In this document: positions 14,881 to 32,537 of the stretch, one piece after another
Layout: the number at the start of each line of letters is the position of its first letter
Position numbering within the stretch: the stretch's first letter is position 1
NCBI RefSeq assembly: GCF_009914755.1
Contig: NC_060938.1
Source of the DNA: the human T2T-CHM13v2.0 reference genome, Homo sapiens
Length of the DNA: 64,000 nt
Strand: one strand, 5' to 3'
Notes under the pieces: generated by a model
The model's input: the letters and a program-made list of their open reading frames with translations, nothing else
The model's database searches: none
Told to the model about the DNA's origin: nothing
Translations under genes and position numbers: made by a program

Positions 14881-17114
14881 TGAAAGCCAACTTGTACAGG
14901 TCTCTTCAGTTGGTGAAGGCATTTGGGCTTCACCCTAAAACAGAGCGGAGTAACAGAAGGGTTTTTAGCAAGGGGTGTGACATGCTAAGATATATATGTT
15001 ATAAAGATTACTGGGCTTAATGTAAAGAATGGATTGGAAGACAGGTAAGGGCGCTGTTATTGCAATTTGGGGAAATGAGGATTTTGGCCTGAACTAGGCT
15101 AGTGAGTGGAGAAAAGTAGATGGATTCAAGAGAGGGAATTGGCAGGATGTGAGGAAGTTTGGGTGAGGAGGAGCAAAGGGTGAAGCATGATTCCCAGGTC
15201 TTTGATTTGGGCAGTGATGGAGTGTGGTGCCATCAATAAGACAGGGACCATAGAAAGAAATGGGTGAGGAAAGGTGGTAGAGAAAACAGTGGGTTCAGTT
15301 TTCTACAGTTGGAGTTTGAGGAGCTTGTGGGACATCCTAGAGATGTGTAGGTGGCAGTTGGATGAATGGACCTGAAGTTCTGAAGAGAGCTATCAATTGA
15401 AGTACAAATTTGGGAGTTTATGATGTAGATATGGGAATAGATATGGGAGTAGATGCATTTTTTCAAGGAAATACCAACATTTATTGTCTTGGCAGAAAGG
15501 GAGGTACAAAATAAACCTAACTGTGAGTAGCCAGAGAGCTAGAAGGCAAACACAGAGAGGCATACTTGGGGAATAGAGAATTTAAAGACAGAGGGAAAGG
15601 TCCACCTTCCTCACCTTTGGGTCATCCAGTCTCTAGGTTCCTAAATAATTCAGTGTGCTTTTGGTCAGTAAGTCCTAGAATAGGGGGGGAAAAAAAGCAT
15701 ATCAAACCACTGCTGTGTGAATGCTATAGCCCTAGGTCATTGGTCTGTTTTATTTAAACATATCTAGGTTCTGCTCCCTCTGAGGATTTTACCTAATGTT
15801 AAAGAGAATGAGAAGAAATACTCTTTATACATTATAAAACTATGCTAATAGTAACCAGCAGGGAAATTGACCTATAAATACTCTGAGCACATTAAGGTAA
15901 GTACATTTTTTTAAAGTTACGTCTTTTGGCTATGGTCTAATGTGATGATTAGTGAAAATGGAATTGAAGAGTGACAGGAAATATTAATGGCAGGCAGCAC
16001 ACAGTCGTTTGGCCTTAGAAAGAACAACGGACTTTATCTGTTCCCAGAGGGAAAATTTGATGAGTAATGACCTTGATACACATTTTAAACACTCTGACAA
16101 TGAAGTAATAGGTGCTGCTTTTGCTCTTTGACCAGCAGATTCTCCTTTGCTGCAGTTAGGTGTACTACTTAAAGCTTGTTTAGAGGGCCACCTAAGGGTA
16201 CAAGCAGAAGCATCACAACATCTATATTTCTGTTATAGGCAGTGATGAGTACTATGAGCCTCTTATAAGAGGCTGCAAGGGGTTGCTGTACCATCAGGCC
16301 TACTTTCCTTGGAGAGGGAATAAAGCAAGTCCAAGGTGCTCAAGAAGGTACACTTTCCCAAAACATCCCACTCCCCACGTTGCTGATTAAGATCTAATGA
16401 TTCACATTTAGATGCCCTTCCACCCCCATCCCCATCCTGACAACACAAAATTTGAGTCAAGCCTCAACCTTGCTAAGTAAACAGATTTGTACTTGTTACT
16501 CTTAGCAGCACTGGAGTCTAAAGACAGACTATGTGGGAAGGCAGATTCTTAGTTACCTCCTCCCCAAGCTGTTGCAGGAATTTCAGATCCCTGCTTGCCA
16601 AAGCACTTTTATGGGGTTAAGAATTTTTTTGTGTGTGTTGGGGATAGGGGAATGTACAGCCTTGAGTGACTCATGCCCTTCTCTGGGCCTCAGTTTTTCC
16701 CTGTTAGGAGGGAAAGGAGCTGTATTAGGGGATCCTTGAGTTTCCCTAAGCCTGGCCTGTATCTCCTCACCAACTGGATCCACGAGCCAGAGCCTGCTTT
16801 AGCCAGGCCCATTCTCTGGTTGGCTTGGCTGGCTTTAGAGGGCTGCAAATAGGCAAATCACTATTTGTCAGTCTGTAGAGAGGAAGCTTATTTGCAGTGG
16901 GAACACCGTAGGAGGAGATTTCTAAGTTGAAAATGCAGGTACTCCTCCTCTGGGGAATGGAAGAAAGACAAAGAGCCCATTAAGGGTTCTAGAAATCAGA
17001 ATGGTTAGATTCTTCCTGGCCCTGTCAACGTTTGCCTATTACCCTGGCCTCATCGGTTGGCATTTGCTTGTGTGAAAAGGTTCCAGGTTTAGAGAAAGGG
17101 TGTCGGAGGCAGAC

Positions 17115-18080
17115 AAACCTAGCTCTGTCACTTGGTTGTTGTGTGATCATGTATGAATTGCTGGAATTTCTGCACCTCATTTTCTTTTTTAAGGATGTTT
17201 CATAGGCCTGCAGGAGGACTAAATGAGATACATAATACATGTGAAACAGGAATGCAGAGCCTGGCATGGGAAGGGGTTACCTCCTTCCTCCTGCAGTCCT
17301 TCTCTTCACTTTCATCTTTGCTCACATGTTATTCTCCCTACTGGAAACTCACCTTCAGTGCTCTGTGAGGCCCTCCTGTCTGTGCCAGTGCTCAAGTCCT
17401 CCTGGTACCCTAGCATGCATTGCCTCACCTCACATTTTAGTAACAGCCTTCTTATATTCTTTCACTGGTTTTGCCCATCTAGATTACTGCTCTCTGAGGG
17501 AGGTATCCTGTCAAATACTGGTAATCTTTCTTCAATTCCTGGTAAGGTGTTAGGTACATAGTAGGGGCCTAAGCAATATTTGAATGAATGATTATAGAAA
17601 GAACCAGTTACAGAGAGCAAGAGGGGGCAGTATGGGCAGTGGGTAAGGCCTGTATGGATGCTAAAACCAGCCTGCCTGGGTTTGAATTCTGGTGCTGCCA
17701 GTTTTTAGCTTTGCAACTTTAGAAGAGTTGCTGAACTTTACCCCTCAGTTTTCTCATCTGTATAGTGGCAGTGGTAAAAATAGTACCTTTCTCCTAGGGT
17801 TATTGTGAAGATTGAGTAAGTTAGTATTTACAGTGTTTAGACCAGTGCCTGGCACTTAATGCTATATAAGAACCCACCATTATTATTTTAAAGATCAGAC
17901 ACGCTTGAGTTGAAAGCCTGCTCTACTACTTACTAATGATGTGACTGCAGGCAGAAATTATTCAACTTCTCCGTGCTTCAACTTCCTTCTCTGTAAAATA
18001 GGGATAACCTATCAACGTAAATAGTGATAAATAGAGATAAACTATCAACATAACATGTACTTGATAACTGGTGGCTATTA
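17115..18080 (+). mobile_element. Cluster of MIR fragments plus an L2 3' end
   Basis: Repeated MIR cores (cctcagttttctcatctgta, tagggttattgtgaagatt); L2 tail gcaatatttgaatgaatg near 17573-17590. Confidence 0.7.
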
Positions 18081-19376
18081 GAAGCCTGCTTCAGTCTCCT
18101 AGAAACAAGAGTTCAATCATGACTGCATGAAGAATCATTGCAGTAGCCCAGGCCCTGTTTAGGAAACTGAAAACCTGGAGCTTACCCTGACTGGGAAGGA
18201 GTGAGAAGACCTGAATTAGGAGTTGTGGATGTATTGAAGGAAGGGATAGGGAAGTTACTTTGTGCTGGTTGCTAAGCTGTATCACCAAAATCCTGACCAA
18301 ATTAAGTCAGTAAAAATATATTTGGAAGGAGCTGGAGACTTTTGCCCATGTGAAATTCCAACACAGGCCCATACCTGCCACCTTTCTGCATATCTCTTAT
18401 TGTATGAGGTGTTTCTCATGTTTTGTCCTTATGTAGCCAGCTGTGTTACTGTCATGGTGATGCTCCTGGTGTGTGAGAGTGGAAGTATGCCATCCCATCT
18501 TCTGCAGGCCAAGTCGGTCTGTTACTCTCATTCTCAGAGAAGGTGAGATTTGCCAGTGCAGAGCTTACATATCTGGAGGTGCCACTTGCCCTCTTCTTCT
18601 GAAGCTGCTTTGAGACTCAGAGAATCCTGATTCTAGGGTTCAGTCTATTGATTCTCACTTCTGAAATCTGATTTGATCTTAAGTGATGTTTTAGATTCTA
18701 GGGGGATCTAACTTCTGCCAGCAGTGAGGGGCTGACTTCTCTCCACTGTTGAGGACAGAGGCAATCTGAGGGTTATGGTCTCAGTAAGGAACCCCACTTA
18801 GTCCATGGGCTTTTCAGGGAGATGTAGGAAGGGAAGAGTAAGCAAAGGAGAGGCAGGCAAGCCTTGGTACTAATAGCTTCTTTCTCAGGCGCTTTGCTAT
18901 CATCTGGATGTGTGCTTAGACTTTTCATGGTCCAAGCTTCTCATATCCCTTTCTTCTCTCTGTCCCTCTACTACTTCTTTGTTTGTCTGTCCCTCTGCTG
19001 CTGCTTTGTTTGAATTTAATGGTAAATTCTGCAATGCAATAAATTCTTGGGTAAGGTGATGTAATATATTTCTACCTCAAAATTATAGATTTGCTGCATG
19101 CTTGCTGTATAATCTCATGATAATCAAAATCTTGTGGCTTCATTGTCAGCAATGCCAACAATTGGTTTCAAATATCAAGATAACAGTAACCACTTCCTTG
19201 TTTCCATTACTTCAGAGTTCTTTATGATTATAGTTTTATCTTAACTATATTCAGTCAGGAGAATTGACCTTTGATTAACGTCATTTTGCAGAATAAAATT
19301 CAGATATGGGGAAGTGAAGAGAAGGCAGTTAATTATGTTCAGATGATGGGCCTAAATTCAGTTCTCATTCTATATC

Positions 19377-19548
19377 AGTTTGATGGTACTGAACCTGGAT
19401 GTACACGTGAGGAGTTTGAAAAAAATACCAATACCTGTGTCCTGCGTCAAGCCAATTAAAAATCATGATCTATTGGGGTGGTGTCAGGGCCAGGGTATTT
19501 TAATCTTTTCATTTGAGTCTGATGGGCAAACAGGGTTAAGAATCACTG
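19377..19548. mobile_element. MER5-like hAT relic
   Basis: Ends cagggttaagaatcactg; internal caattaaaaatc...ggggtgg. Confidence 0.45.
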
Positions 19549-19717
19549 CTGAATTTACCAAGAAGGCAGGACTTTTAATTTTCACTGTTTGAATGAGGAA
19601 ATTATATGAATAAAAACCAATTTTCAAAAAGTAGCCGATAATATTAAAACATGTTTTCTGCCATTATTTTTCAAACCAATCAGCATTTTGCAAATGAAGG
19701 TTTCTAGACAGCATTAG

Positions 19718-20035
<318 letters not shown>

Positions 20036-20196
20036 TGTGTTTTTAAAGAGTAAAACTTCAGGGTACTAATATTAGCAGTGGCGAATATGTACAGGTCTGC
20101 ATCAACTGGATTCTTGCCTCCTTGGAGTAAAGAAGTTGTCCAAGCGGCATAAGGCAGAGTGAGAAACCAAGGCAAGTTTTTGAGCAGGAGTGAGAG

Positions 20197-20202
20197 TTTA
20201 TT
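20197..20202 (-). terminator. AATAAA polyadenylation signal of the 3' LTR
   Basis: tttatt on + in the R region; the equivalent site in the 5' LTR is tttgtt (35822-35827). Confidence 0.65.
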
Positions 20203-20523
20203 AAAAAGTTTTAGAGTAGGAATGAAAGGAATAAAGTATACTTGGAAGAGGGCCAAGTGGGCAACTTGAAAGATCCAAGTGCCCAGTTTGACCTTTTTTT
20301 TAAAAAAATTTTATTATTATTATACTTTAAGTTTTAGGGTACATGTGCACAACGTGCAGGTTTGTTACATATGTATACATGTGCCATGTTGGTGTGCTGC
20401 ACCCATTAACTCGTCATTTAGCATTAGGTATATCTCCTAATGCTATCCCTCCCCCATCCCCCGACCCCACAACAGTCCCTGGTGTGTGATGTTCCCCTTC
20501 CTGTGTCCACGTGTTCTCATCGT

Positions 20524-24349
<3,826 letters not shown>

Positions 24350-24412
24350 TATGATGTTAGCTGGTTATTTTGCTCATTAGTTGATGCAGTTTCTTCCTAG
24401 CCTTGAAGGTCT

Positions 24413-25423
24413 TTACAATTTGGCATGTTTTTGCAGTGGCTGGTACTGGTTGTTCCTTTCCATGTTTAGTGCTTCCTTCAGGAGCTCTTTTAGGGCAGGC
24501 CTGGTGGTGACAAAATCTCTCAGCATTTGCTTGTCTGTAAAGGATTTTATTTCTCCTTCACTTATGAAGCTTAGTTTGGCTGGATATGAGATTCTGGGTT
24601 GAAAATTCTTTTCTTTAAGAATGTTGAACATTGGTCCCCACTCTCTTCTGGCTTGTAGAGTTTCTGCCAAGAGATCCGCTGTTAGTCTGATGGGCTTCCC
24701 TTTGAGGGTAACCCGACCTTTCTCTCTGACTGCCCTTAACATTTTTTCCTTCATTTCAACTTTGGTGAATCTGACAATTGTGTGTCTTGGAGTTGCTCTT
24801 CTCGAGGAGTATCTTTGTGGCATTCTGTGTATTTCCTGAATTTGAACGTTGGCCTGCCTTGCTAGCTTGGGGAAGTTCTCCTGGATAATATCCTGCAGAG
24901 TGTTTTCCAACTTGGTTCCATTCTCCCCGTCACTTTCAGGTACACCAATCAGACGTAGATTTGGTCTTTTCACATAGTCCCATATTTCTTGGAGGCTTTG
25001 TTCTTTTCTTTTTATTTTTTTTTCTGTAAACTTCTCTTCTGGCTTCATTTCATTCATTTCGTCTTCCATCACTGATACCCTTTCTTCCAGTTTATCGCTT
25101 TGGCTACTGAGGCTTCTGCATTTGTCACATAGCTCTCGTGCCGTGGTTTTCAGCTCCATCAGGTCCTTTAAGGACTTCTCTGCATTGGTTATTCTAATTA
25201 TCCATTCGTCTAATTTTTTTTTTCAAAGCTTTTAACTTCTTTGCCATTGGTTTGAATTTCCTCCTGTAGCGCGGAGTAGTTCGATTGTCTGAAGCCTTCT
25301 TCTCTCAACTCGTCAAAGTCATTCTCCGTCCAGCTTTGTTCTGTTGCTGATGAGGAGCTGTGTTCCTTTGGAGGAGTAGAGGCGCTCTGATTTTTAGAGT
25401 TTTCTGCTCTGTTTTTTTCCCAT
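24413..25423 (-). pseudogene. L1 ORF1p, disrupted
   Basis: C-terminal 248 aa open (...NQYQPLQKHAKL); N-terminus has a small deletion and a lengthened A-run near 25215. Confidence 0.9.
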
Positions 25424-25551
25424 CTTTGTGGTTTTATCTACCTTTGGTCTTTGATGATGGTGATGTACAGATGGGTTTTTGGTGTGGATATCCTTTCTGT
25501 TTGTTAGTTTTCCTTCTAACAGACAGGACCCTCAGCTGCAGGTCTGTTGGA

Positions 25552-25680
25552 GTTTGCTAGAGGTCCACTCCAGACCCTGTTTGCCTGGGTATCAGCAGTG
25601 GTGGCTGCAGCACAGCAGATGTTGGTGAATCGCAGCTGCTGCTGCCTGATCGTTCCTCTGGAAGTTTTGTCTCAGAGGTG
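25552..25680 (-). promoter_or_regulatory. ~129-bp L1 5' UTR segment containing the ZNF93 binding site (lost in younger L1s)
   Basis: Sequence between gtctgttgga and tacccggccgtgtgagg, which is absent from L1HS/L1PA2 consensus as recalled. Confidence 0.8.
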
Positions 25681-26481
25681 TACCCGGCCGTGTGAGGTGT
25701 CAGTCCACCCCTACTGGGGGGTGCCTCCCAGTTAGGCTACTCAGGGGTCAGGGACCCACTTGAGGAGGCAGTCTGCCCATTCTCAGATCTCAAGCTGCAT
25801 GCTGGGAGAACCACTACTCTCTTCAAAGCTTTCAGAGAGGGACATTTAAGTCTGCAGAGGTTACTGCTGTCTTTTTGTTTGTCTGTGCCCTGCCCCCAGA
25901 GGTGGAGCCTACAGATGCAGGCAGGCCTCCTTGAGCTGTGGTGGGCTCCACTCAGTTCGAGCTTCCCAGCTGCTTTGTTTACCTAATCAAACAGGTAACT
26001 CGGCAGTGGTGGGTGCCCCTCCCCCAGCCTTGCTGCTGCCTTGCAGTTTGATCTCAGACTGCTGTGCTGGCAATGAGTGAGACTCCTTGGGCATAGGACC
26101 CTCCGAGCCACGTGCGGGATATAATCTCCTGGTGTGCCGTTTTTTAAGCCCGTTGGAAAAGCGCAGTATTAGGATGGGAGTGACCCGATTTTCCAGGTGC
26201 CGTCTGTCACTGCTTTCTTTGACTAGGAAAGCAAATTCCCTGACCCCTTGCGCTTCCTGGGTGAGGCTATGCCTCACCCTGCTTCGGCTCGTGCACGGTG
26301 CGCTGCATCCACTGTCCTTCACCTACTGTCTGGCATTCCCCAATGAGATGAACCCGGTACCTCAGTTGGAAATGCAGAAATCACCCATCTTCTGTGTTGC
26401 TCACGCTGGGAGCTGTAGACCGGAGCTGTTCCTATTTGGCCATCTTGGCTCCTCCCCTGCAGTTTGACCTTTAACTTGGGG

Positions 26482-26488
26482 TTTTATA
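26482..26488 (-). promoter_or_regulatory. TATA box (TATAAAA) of the 3' LTR U3
   Basis: ttttata on +; conserved in the 5' LTR near 35932-35938. Confidence 0.65.
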
Positions 26489-27089
26489 TGTTGGCATGCT
26501 CTGGGGTATTGCATCTCTCCTCCCTTGAGTTTTTCTTGGGGTGGGCTGTCCACATTTGCAGTGGCCTGCCAGCACTTGGGAGGGGCTGCATGCACAGTGT
26601 GTTTATTGAAGTTGTGCACATGCTCATTTGAGGTGGTTTTTCCTTGTCAGTTGAGTGTTCCTAGAGGAAGGTCATATACCAGTTAAATTCTGCCATTTTA
26701 CCTCTTTGTGTGCATGCCTAAGTCCACTAACCCAACTCCTGAGAGCGTATCAGGAAGCTGCTGATCACCAGCTTCAGGTGTTATCTATCTGTTCGGAGAC
26801 TACCTTTCCCTGGCACTGGCTGTGAGCTGTTATAATTTTATTATTTTAGAGAGACAGTTTAACAACTGCCTATTACCTGATGGTTGTCTGACTGACATTC
26901 CTTGGTGTGTGTTTGTGGGGAAGCAAGGGTTGTCCTGTCCTGCTCATGTCTGTCTAGCTATCTACTTTAACATTTCCTCCCTAAAGAGTCAAAGACCCAA
27001 TTCTTTGGGAGAATGGATAAAGGTCAGTCTTCTGTAACTGCTTTCTGCTGACAGAGGGGCACTGATGGTTGTTCTGTGGGTTTTGGTCT

Positions 27090-28810
27090 CTTGTTAGTTG
27101 TCAGGGCAGGGTAGCTCTATGGGTTGGTGAAAGTGGTATACAGCCAGGTCTAAGGGATACAGGCAGGATTTTGCCTCTGTCATGCCACTGATGGGCAGTC
27201 TAGGACTCTTCTGTAGAAAGATGACTTGAAAATTGAGAGGACGGTATCCCTCACTGAGGATCATCTGGAGCTTGATGGCCTGAACATGAGAGGAGATAAA
27301 TCGGGTTATTAGATTTAAAAGACATGGACCAAAAAGGAGCAAAAGTAGGAGACTAACAAGTAGGCCTAAAAAGGGAAGAACCCAGTTGAACCATTTCTAG
27401 TTTCCTTCCCAATTTAACGAACCCTGAGAGGCTTGTTCCCGTAAATTGGATTTGGGAGTTGTGTGATGTTGCCTTGTACGTTTCTTGATTGTTTTACCTA
27501 AAAGCAACATTTTTCATCTGAGGCTAAACAAATTCCTCCCTGTGCTGCCATTAACCTGTCTAGCCCTTGATGATTTTTGGAGGACTATAGCTGCTAAATA
27601 ATTTATTTGTTCTTGCATGGTTGTTAAGGTCTTAGCCATGGCATCAATGTTGTTGGGTATTTCCTTTGAGAGTTGGCTATAGATTAAAAACGACTTTATA
27701 ATTCTAGCAATTTCAGTTCCTGTATCAGCTATAATGCCGAGTCCCGTGAGAAGGAGAATTAATTGGATAGCCCTCCTCATCCTGGGCAAGATGAAATGCC
27801 TATGGATTGCTACTGGAAGAGACAGATTGCCAGGGACTCTGAGGACGTCTGGGCATACTTCAGTTCAGTTAGTGGGGAGGCACTGGTGAATAGATTGGCC
27901 ACAAAGACAGAAGGCTCCTTCGGTTTTAAGACAAGTAGATATGGACAAACAAAATAAGGGGGTGAGGACAGCTCCAAAAAATCCCAAGGCTACCGACACA
28001 CCCAGGTAGCTGGTGGCCATACTCATGCCTGCTGAGAATGGGATGCAGGTTTGGCTCTGGTTAGTTTCCTTGGTTTTATTTTCCCAAAATAGAGAATTTC
28101 AAGTTTGGTCCAGTAGAGCCCATTCTGCTGTAGAGTTGAGATTGGCAATTTGCAGATATTAGTTATAATCCGCAGGCCAAAACCAGAAATTTTGAGCACT
28201 GCATGAGGTTGGGCATCCCTGGCAAAACTGGATGGACTTATCTAGCAAAGTTCCCTGAGGAAAGGTAATAGTTGGAGGTTTGGGAATCTTGGTTGATGGC
28301 AAAATTCATTGCAGATGTATGTTCGGTAAATTTGTTGATGAGGATCTACAGTGAGAGTAACACTACAAACTGTACTGGGGAGAGCACCTATATCCATTCC
28401 ATTTTTCCATGTACCTGTAACACAGATAGGGGCTATTCCCATTAAAGTGATATTAGAAAAGATGGCTCTGAAAATGGGAGATTCCTTGTGGATATCAGGG
28501 AAATCTTGCTTTACTTTTGCAAGAAGGCTTGCAGGCTTGAACATCCCTTTCAGATTAGGGTCCCACTGATAGAAAATATGTAATTCTGCCTCTATGCTTG
28601 TCCAGTCTCTGGGCGAGGCTGCATAAGCTCTTCCTGGTGTTTTAGCGGAAGAGCTAGTACATAATCAGCAATTGGTGGAGTAAGGGGATTCTGTGCTTTG
28701 GAGCAATTGTTGAGCTTTTGCCAATAACAGGAAATGAGGATGGTAATACACTGCTAGTAAAGGAGTGAGAATGAGAACCCGCAGGAGTAGGCCCATGGTG
28801 ACCTAAGGTG
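27090..28810 (-). pseudogene. ERV env remnant (SU-TM)
   Basis: RRAIQLILLLTGLGI fusion peptide, LAAIVLQ..GLD.L.AAQGGICLA..EKCCF (ISD and CX6CC) at ~27490-27790, LLLFGPCLLNLITRFISS TM tail; frameshifted. Confidence 0.88.
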
Positions 28811-28969
28811 ATTGTAAAAAAGAGAAATTGGTCACAAAGCAAGCTGCCACTGGAATTCCTGGTGGTGTACAAGTTAGGTTGAAAATAGTGATAACAACCA
28901 GAGCTATTGTGAGTAAAATTCCTAATATTAAGATCACCTTACTTTGAGGTGAAAGGATGTTTGAGGGCA

Positions 28970-31900
28970 TTACTTATCTTTTTGCTTAAAGAGGAATTTC
29001 AGATCTTCCAGTGCCTCTCGAGTATATTCTATAACTGAGGGTGTTGGTTCCAGTTCTGATGTTTCAGGGCTTTTCCACAGCTTCACTTGGGTACGATGTA
29101 TCCAGCTGGCAATCTCTGGTACTTTAATGACTGCGGGGGTAATAATAGCACAGTGAAGGGGCCCTTCCAGATTCGAGTTAGTTGGGAATTCGGAATTCCA
29201 TCCTTCCAAGCTTTAATGAGAACTAGTGAGCCTGGAGGATATAGTGGTGGAGATTTTTTCCCTTCTGATTTTGGGTTTGTTTGTAATCCATATTCCCAGA
29301 AAGCCTATTGGAAGCCTGCTAAAGAGACATACTGGGTGATTTTGGCAGTTTCTTCATTTAGTAATAAGTCTAAATATAAGAATGGTCTACCATAGAAGGC
29401 TTCAATTAAGGCTTTGAAGAGGCTTAATTGAAGGGAGACTTAGGGGCAATATGAATCTGAAGGAGGGCTAAAGGTAGGAGGTCCACCCATGGCTGTGTTG
29501 TTTCCTGACAGAATATATCGAGGATGCATTTGAGGGTTTGATTAGTTTTTTCTACTTTTCCTGAAGATTGTGGTCTTCAGGCAGAGTGAAAGTACCACTT
29601 TATGCCTAGGGCACTACTAACCTGTTGAGTTACTTGGGAAATGAAGGATGGACCATTGTCCTTTGCAATGACCTGGGGAGCCTGAATTGGGGAATGAGTC
29701 CCTTTAGGGGGAATTTAACTACCTCCTGTGCATTTTTAGTCCTTGTGGGGTAGGCTTCTACCCCTCCTTGAAGGTGTCTACACAGACCGAGAGATACTTA
29801 CACCCAGCATGCAGGGAGCTGAGTGAAATTCATCTGCCGGTCCTCCCCAGGGTATGTACCTCTCTTTTGTATTGGATTTATTAATGGAGGGGGCTTCTGT
29901 CTTTGGGGATTATTTATGGTGCACAAGGTGCAGGCTTGACAAGCCTATTGAATAGTTTTGTCTAGTCCCTTCCCACTGAGCACCTGTTTACAAATTTGCC
30001 ATAGACTGTCCTATCTAAGGTGGCAGGAGTTGTGTAAACTCTTGCTGACTTTCCATTTGGAGTCTTTAGGTAGACAGAGAAGTTCTCCCAACCTGTACCA
30101 TCCACTGGTTTCTTTTTTATACCCATGTTGGAGGGCCCAATCTATTCCTTATTGGAGAGGGGGCAGTTCACTGGGGAGAGAGGGGAGCAAGGGTCCCATG
30201 AAGGTATCTTTTGAGATGGCTGCCTCTTTTCTGTTGGTCAGCTAACCTATTTCCCCATACAGTTTCATTGGAGCCCCTCTGGTGTCCTTTACAGTACACT
30301 ACTGCCACTTCCTGGGGCAAATGAGCAGTCTCTAATAGCTCTGAGATTTGAGGCCTGTACTTAATAGGAGTATCCCAAGTTGTTAGGTACCCCCTTTCCT
30401 TCCAGACAGGCAGGTGGGTGTGAAGCACCAGAAAGGCATATTTGGAATCTGTATAGATGGTTATTCTTTTCCTTTCACTTAATTTTAGGGCTCTGGTCAG
30501 TGTGATGAGTTTGGCTAATTACACTGAGGTCATCGGGGACAGAGCGTTAGCCTCTGTAATTTGGTGAAGAGACACTATAGCATACCTGCATATCTAATTC
30601 TATTTCTGACAAAGCTACTCCCATCTGAAAACCATCCAGATTATCTAGGGGCTGATCTCTTAAGTCTTCCAAGCTGACATACGTTTGACTAAGTATCTCA
30701 CAACATGAATGTGTTGAGTTATCCTTTTCTGGTAGTGGCAATAAGGAGCCTGGGTTAAGGGTGGGGCACCACTCAACTGTGGGTTTTCTAACAACACGAC
30801 TTGGGACTTCAGCAGTCTGTTGTCAGTGAGCCATTGTGGTCCTTTTATGTCCAATAAGGGGCCTATTTGGTGGGACATCAGGAGCAGGATTGGCTGTCCC
30901 ATGGTGATTTTGAGGGCCTCCTGGAGTAGGATGGCTGCTGCAGCCACTACCTTGAGGCAGTGTGACCATCCTTGTGCTACTGGGTCTAGGTTCTTTGAAA
31001 AGTTAACTTATAGGATGTTTGATTGGCCCAATGGTTTGAGTTAGAACTCCTAGGGCTACACATTGCCTTTCAGTGATGAAAAGCTGAAATGGTTTGGTTA
31101 GTATGAGTAGCCCAAGGGCTGGGGCTTGTGAGAGGGCAGTTTTTAGCTGTTTAAAGGCTTGCTCTTGATCCCTTCCCCAGAGAAATGGATCCCTATCAGT
31201 CCCTTCTTTTAGTGCCTGATATAAAGACTTAACAATTCCACCATATCCCAGTACCCAAAGTCTGCAATATCCTGTGATCCCCAGAAAAGTGCAAAGTTAC
31301 TATCAGGTGGTTGGGGTAAGTATTCTAAGGAAGGCTTGTATCTGTTCTGGGGAGAGCTTATGTTCTCTGGGGGTCAGGATTATTCCCAGGTATTGGACCT
31401 CTTAACTTGGTAGCTGTGCCTTGGCCTTGGATACCTTGTCCTTGGATACCCTCTGTCTGTGAGGAAATTTAGTGTCTGGACTAGATGTTGGATTCCTAAC
31501 TCTTGTAGGGGAGCAGATTGATAGGTCATCCATGTGCTGTAGGAGATGCCTTCCCCACCTCAAGAATTAGGTCCTGCAAATCTCTAGCTAAGACTTGCCC
31601 AAACAAATGGGGACTATCTCTGAAGCCTTGTAGAAGGACTGTCCAGGTAAGCTGTTGACTCCTTCCTTTTTCATTTTCCCACTCAAATGCAAATAGAAAT
31701 TGGGAAGTTGGGTCTCAGAGGGTACAAAAGAAAGTGAGTTTGAGATCTAAGACTGAAAACCACTGAGCATCTGAAGGACTTCTGCTAGAATTACATATGG
31801 GTTGGGGACTATTGGGTATATAGAGACTACTGCCTCTTTTTTGATTTGCAGGCCCTGGACCATCCTGTATTCTCCATTGCTCTTTTTAAAAGGTAAGATA

Positions 31901-32530
31901 GGCATGTTACAGGGTGAATTACAGGGTAGTAGTAATTCATGTTCTAGAAATTTTTCAATCAGCAGCCAAAGTCCCTCTTTGGCCTCCTGCCAAAGAGGAA
32001 GCTGACTTCTACAAGGATAGCTAGAAGGATCTTTAAGCTGAATTGCTACAGGCATTGCCATTATGGTGTTTCCTGGTATTCCTGGGGCCTGGACCTCTGG
32101 ATTATTGGGAAGGTCTGTGGGCAGCTCATCCTTGTGTGTGGTTTCCTTGAGGCATAAGATCGCATTTGGAAAGGGAGTGTTGGCCCTGGAGGAAAGATTA
32201 ACTGAGCCCTGAGTCTACGCAAAATATCTCTACCCAAAAGGGGCAGAGGACATTCTGGCAACACTAAAAATGAATGAGCAAAGACAGTTTTCCCCCATAG
32301 GCAGCATGGAGGAAGAGTAAACCTCTGGGTTATGGGTACTCCATTTACCCCCATCACCTGGCGGATTTGGAGGATTTGGAGGATAATTGCCAAGGAAAAG
32401 AGATAAGCACCGAGCAGGCCACTTCCATGTCCAAAAGAAAACTTATAGTACTACCTGCCACGTCCAAAGCAGCCCTTGGCACTGTCCCTTCAATAGTGAT
32501 GTTCAATCCGGGAGCAGACCAGAGCATAGG
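28970..32530 (-). pseudogene. ERV pro-pol remnant (protease, RT, RNase H, integrase)
   Basis: FLLD protease site ~32430; [21 protein letters not shown] and LQHMDDL (YxDD, ~31530); YTDSKYAF RNase H ~30440; PQSSGKVEKTN integrase ~29560; many stops and frameshifts. Confidence 0.92.
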
Positions 32531-32537
32531 GCCCCTT

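Noticed and set aside
26000-26225. L1 ORF0 on the + strand
   Set aside because: The start codon reads GTG (gcagtggtgggtgcc) and an in-frame TGA follows at aatgagtga.
27090-28810. Domesticated syncytin-like env
   Set aside because: Frameshift inside the immunosuppressive domain and several stops; only short ORF fragments remain.
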